Assembly (NCBI GenBank): GCA_963703935.1
Contig: CAVPGA010000009.1
Span: 1,258,998-1,322,997, forward strand
Length of the DNA: 64,000 nt
DNA from: an uncultured Bacteroidales bacterium
Lineage (GTDB): Bacteria; Bacteroidota; Bacteroidia; Bacteroidales; VadinHA17
Direction: 5' to 3'
Shown here: piece by piece, positions 60,606 through 64,000 of the stretch
Layout of the letters: each line of letters opens with the position of its first letter
Position numbering within the stretch: position 1 is the first letter of the stretch
Made by a program: the position numbers and the translations under genes
The notes under the pieces: generated by a model
Seen by the model: the letters and a program-made list of their open reading frames with translations, nothing else
The model's database searches: none
Told to the model about the DNA's origin: nothing

Positions 60606-62219
60606 ATGAATCTGACTCTGTCCACACTCGACTGGCTTGTTCTTACTGTTGTTATGGCCGGTAGCCTCGGTTTTGGAATGTACATGGCCTATCGTAAAAA
60701 AGCCGGATTAAGCAGTTCAAATTTCTTCCTCGGGGGCCGATCGATAAAATGGCCAATAATCGGTGCATCACTATTTGCAACAAATATAGGTGCAGAACAC
60801 CTCGTAGGACTATCGGGGGATACCTACAGGTACGGGCTTTCGGCAGGATTGGTTGAGCTGACTACTGTGATTACCCTTGGAGTAAGCTGTGCAATCCTTT
60901 TCCCTTATTATATGAAGAACAGGCTGTTCACAATACCGGAATTCCTTGAATTAAGGTATAACCGGCGCGCCAGAACGTTTTTCTCGGGCCTGATGCTAAT
61001 CATAAGCATTATGACGAAGCTGGCATTCACACTTTTTGCCGGCGCCCTGGTACTGAACAGCATACTTGGATGGAATATCATGTCGACAATTTTCTATATT
61101 GGAATTGCCGTCGCTATATTTACTATCATTGGGGGATTTACTGCCGTTGCCTATACCGACGCCATCCAGGTGATCATAATGATAGCAGGGGCAGGGATCA
61201 TGCTTTTTTTCGGGCTTGACAAAGTTGGCGGATGGAGCGGACTGATGGAGAAAGCTCCTGAAATGATGTCAGTAGCAAAGCCGTTCGATGATCCGGTTTA
61301 TCCGTTCTGGGGGATACTTGCCACAGCTTTCTATGCAGGCATTTTTTACTGGGGCATGGATCAGGTGAATGTACAGCGGACCCTGGCCGCACCCGACCTT
61401 AATAATGCAAGATGGGGCGCAATGTTTGCAACTTTGCTCAAGCTGCTTCCCCTCTTTATCTTTGCGCTGCCCGGCGTCATTGCGTTTGCACTTTTTCCCG
61501 GGGAACTCGAAGGTGATGCAACAAAACAGACATTTGTCCTTCTGCTGAACAAACTGCTTCCTTCAGGATTAAGGGGCCTGCTTATGGCTTCACTTCTTGC
61601 CGCATTGATAACATCTCTTATAGGTGTCCTGAATTCTGTTTCCACGCTTGTGGTCCGCGATTTTGTTGTCGAATTCAGGCCTGACTTTCCTGAGAGAAGG
61701 CAGGTCGCTTTCGGCAGGTTTGTTATACTTATTGTCACTTTTCTCGGTATAGGCGCAGCTTATATGGTATACAAAAGCGAAGAAGGTTTGTACAAATACC
61801 TGCAAACTATTTCAGCTTATCTTGTAGTGCCGGTTTTTCCTGCCATCCTGTTTGGGATAATTAGCAGAAAGGTTACTCTTAAGGGTGCAGGTGCATCTGT
61901 ATTTGTCGGCATAATTCTGGCTACAATTTTTGTGGTTGACCAGCTTCTTGGGCCTGAAGCAGGGCAGCAGGTATTCCCTTTCCTCCATCATAAGCTCACT
62001 TTGAATTTCGGGTACAGGGGGCTATGGGCCGAGATCATTATTACAATTGTCCTGTTTACAGTTTCGGCTTTCACGGAAAAAACAGAGCCTTCAAAACTTG
62101 AAAAGACAACTATCGATTATTCAAAAAGGTTAGCAGCTTTTAAAGGATTGACTGATTGGAGACTCCATCTCATAATCCTCACAGTAATCACAATAATGAT
62201 ACTTATCTGGCTAAAATAA
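60606..62219 (+). CDS. Sodium:solute symporter (SSS) family transporter
   Basis: 537 aa, about 13 TM. FFLGGRSIKWPIIGASLFATNIGAEHLVGLSG. Confidence 0.85.
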   Translation: MNLTLSTLDWLVLTVVMAGSLGFGMYMAYRKKAGLSSSNFFLGGRSIKWPIIGASLFATNIGAEHLVGLSGDTYRYGLSAGLVELTTVITLGVSCAILFPYYMKNRLFTIPEFLELRYNRRARTFFSGLMLIISIMTKLAFTLFAGALVLNSILGWNIMSTIFYIGIAVAIFTIIGGFTAVAYTDAIQVIIMIAGAGIMLFFGLDKVGGWSGLMEKAPEMMSVAKPFDDPVYPFWGILATAFYAGIFYWGMDQVNVQRTLAAPDLNNARWGAMFATLLKLLPLFIFALPGVIAFALFPGELEGDATKQTFVLLLNKLLPSGLRGLLMASLLAALITSLIGVLNSVSTLVVRDFVVEFRPDFPERRQVAFGRFVILIVTFLGIGAAYMVYKSEEGLYKYLQTISAYLVVPVFPAILFGIISRKVTLKGAGASVFVGIILATIFVVDQLLGPEAGQQVFPFLHHKLTLNFGYRGLWAEIIITIVLFTVSAFTEKTEPSKLEKTTIDYSKRLAAFKGLTDWRLHLIILTVITIMILIWLK

Positions 62220-62415
62220 GTTGCGGGTTGCAGGCTTTGCCAGCCATAGCCGAACGGAGGGAGGCGAAGGCTGGTTGCAGGATACTAAGCGGCAGAGCGC
62301 AAGGCAAAAAAGGGTATGGGCCACATAGAGTACAGGGCATAGGAGAAGGGCACTGACGCTAAGATCCCCTCCTGGGAGAGCCTGCCCCGCAAAAGCGGGG
62401 GGCAAGGGGTGGGTA
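62220..62415. repeat. GC-rich spacer with short hairpins (CCCCGC-AAAA-GCGGGG at 62385..62400), unclassified
   Basis: Between convergent genes. Its word style (GGCGAAGGCTGG, GCAGAGCGCAAGGC) resembles the other modules, but I found no second copy in the window. Confidence 0.3.
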
Positions 62416-62421
62416 TGTGAG

Positions 62422-63540
62422 TCATTTCCCAGTTTCAGCAGACAAAGCCCTGTAGAGTCCGGCAAGAAAATCCCTGTTGTCGGCGCGGAGATAATGCATT
62501 TCACCACCCATCCGATTAAAGGTTTTGCAATACCGCAGATAATATGAAGGATTACCAGCCGGCGGTTCTCCGTCCCTGGCCCAGTTCCATTCCGCTTTCG
62601 CAAGGTCAACAACAAGCATGAAATGGTTATCGATATGATTATTCCTCTGAATTTCAAGGTTTTGTGCCATCGACATCGATTTCTCAAATATCATTGGAGA
62701 CATAACTGCGGAGCCCAGTGATAAATAGACACCCTGGTCAAGTTTACTTACACTCTCGGCATAATAAAGAAAATCAGTTAACGCGGTTCGTCCGGTTGCC
62801 GCCCCATGATTCAACGGATGGGTGTAAATGATGTCATGTCCGAACATCGGGTGTCCTGTAAACGGGATCTTAAGGTCAAATGCGGCACACTGTACTGAAT
62901 ACTCCTTCCATCGATGGGGGATGCTTAAAAATCCCTGATTCAGACTGTATTTTCTTATTACTCCTGAAAGATCAATGGCAGCGGCTGCATGTTCAGGATC
63001 AGTCTCCATCCTGTACCTCGCGTCATTGAGCAGCCACGACAGTTCCGGAAGATTAACCCCTTCCTGTGATATCATTTTCCCTATCGACTCCCCGTAGCCC
63101 AATCCTTCCCAGGCTCCAAGGACGAGAGCCAGGTTGATGAAAAACCCTGTTTCTTCCCAGATTCCAAACTGACCATTTTTTACATTCTCACGAACATTTT
63201 CTCCTGACTTGCCCTGAAACGCAAATTCCCAGTCGTGAATTATCCCTGCTCCATTTGTTGCAAGATGCGTTACCCACCCTCTTTTTATCAAATCAATCAG
63301 GATAAGGGAAAGTCCGTTTTTGATCGTATGTGCACCAAATGCCAGGATCACCTGTCTATGTTGCTTTCTGGCTGAAATAATCTTTTGGGCTGTCTTCCCG
63401 ATAAGTTCCTTATCCTGCTCTGAAAGCCCGGCCGGAGCATAGGAGAGGGGAATAAGGCACTCCTCAAGGGTTAGCTGGTTAATCCGTTCGGAGAGCTTTT
63501 TTATAACAAGCCTGTTCCTGTCAAATTTTGGATTCGGCAT
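62422..63540 (-). CDS. Hypothetical protein, possibly deoxyhypusine synthase-like fold
   Basis: 372 aa, intact. AFGAHTIKNGLSLILIDLIKRGWVTHLATNGAGIIHDWE resembles the DHS-family nucleotide-binding segment. Weak assignment. Confidence 0.35.
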   Translation of the reverse strand: MPNPKFDRNRLVIKKLSERINQLTLEECLIPLSYAPAGLSEQDKELIGKTAQKIISARKQHRQVILAFGAHTIKNGLSLILIDLIKRGWVTHLATNGAGIIHDWEFAFQGKSGENVRENVKNGQFGIWEETGFFINLALVLGAWEGLGYGESIGKMISQEGVNLPELSWLLNDARYRMETDPEHAAAAIDLSGVIRKYSLNQGFLSIPHRWKEYSVQCAAFDLKIPFTGHPMFGHDIIYTHPLNHGAATGRTALTDFLYYAESVSKLDQGVYLSLGSAVMSPMIFEKSMSMAQNLEIQRNNHIDNHFMLVVDLAKAEWNWARDGEPPAGNPSYYLRYCKTFNRMGGEMHYLRADNRDFLAGLYRALSAETGK

Positions 63541-63541
63541 T

Positions 63542-64000
63542 TTATTTAACGTTTAACAATTTCAGCAGCGGACCTGGTTGCGAAAAATCAGGTACTATGA
63601 TATCGGCTCCTGCTTTTATCAGCCGGGTCCGTTTGGTATTATTCATCCCGAAACGTCTTAATTCGTTACTTGCCACCCCTATAGCGGTGCCGCCCCTTTT
63701 ATGTGTTTCCCTGATTTCCACCGGGCCATCGCCAAATGTAGCTATAAGGCCCGCCTCGGATTCTCCGATGGAATCGAGTATCCTGTCAAGCACGATTTTT
63801 TTTGCCTCTTTGTTTATATCACCAACTGCGCCATAGATCCTGCCTTCGAACAGCTTGTCATAACCGAGAACGGAAGCTTCATGTTTCACATCTGCATCAT
63901 CGGTCCCGCTGGTAAGAAACAACATAATGCCCGAATCGTGAAGAATATTCAGAAAGGAAAGAGCGTTTTTGAGAGTAAGGTCCTCAACCGTGAGCTCTCC
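63542..64000 (-). CDS. HAD-superfamily hydrolase-like protein, 5' end beyond the window
   Basis: LFLTSGTDD and FGDGPVEI motifs. The ORF runs off the right edge. Confidence 0.5.
   Translation of the reverse strand, partial: GELTVEDLTLKNALSFLNILHDSGIMLFLTSGTDDADVKHEASVLGYDKLFEGRIYGAVGDINKEAKKIVLDRILDSIGESEAGLIATFGDGPVEIRETHKRGGTAIGVASNELRRFGMNNTKRTRLIKAGADIIVPDFSQPGPLLKLLNVK

Noticed and set aside
62211-62687. ORF 62211-62687 (158 aa) as a gene
   Set aside because: It overlaps the 3' part of the much longer, better-behaved ORF 62422-63540 in another frame and extends into the GC-rich spacer. It is probably spurious.

Overview
This 64-kb window reads as a Bacteroidota chromosome segment. Supporting marks are a T9SS type-B C-terminal sorting domain, a FISUMP lipoprotein, an alternative complex III (ACIII) cluster next to a caa3-type oxidase, and TAnnTTTG boxes upstream of several genes. 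I can support about 55 protein genes, one tRNA-Pro(UGG), and many intergenic repeats. Recognisable content:

- **Start of window:** folP-cdaA.
- **Iron transport:** a broken feoAB.
- **Secreted proteins and glycosidases:** a large T9SS cargo protein, a clan GH-A glycosidase and a GH78 rhamnosidase.
- **Sialic-acid-related genes, dispersed:** nanA, a YhcH-like gene, and an AGE epimerase with an SSS transporter.
- **Respiration:** an ACIII cluster (actABCDFE) converging on fdx-sco-ctaD-ctaE-ctaF-ctaC.
- **Polyphosphate module:** ppk1-sixA and a divergent CHAD gene.
- **Sulfur module:** SQR-like flavoprotein, DUF1641, TusE/DsrC-like and DsrE-like genes.
- **Near the right end:** an M1 peptidase.

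Two things stand out.

1. **Clustered gene lesions.** Frameshifts and in-frame stops are heavily concentrated in the ACIII plus oxidase supercluster (29.1-42.2 kb) and in feoAB. ORFs of 2-2.8 kb elsewhere are intact. This points to either real pseudogenisation or a localised consensus problem.
2. **Repeat-filled intergenic space.** Almost every larger intergenic spacer is filled by a mosaic of hairpin-forming repeat modules. They are often nested hairpin-in-hairpin, once in a ~205-nt tandem array, and once framing a decayed DUF559 nuclease-fold gene with a perfect 15-nt inverted repeat. The tRNA-Pro 3' end is also present three times in tandem.

I saw no CRISPR array, cas gene, integrase, transposase or recognisable defence system, and no convincing new protein-coding system. 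The repeat system is the best candidate for something undescribed.

All identities and alignments were made by eye, and no database search was run.
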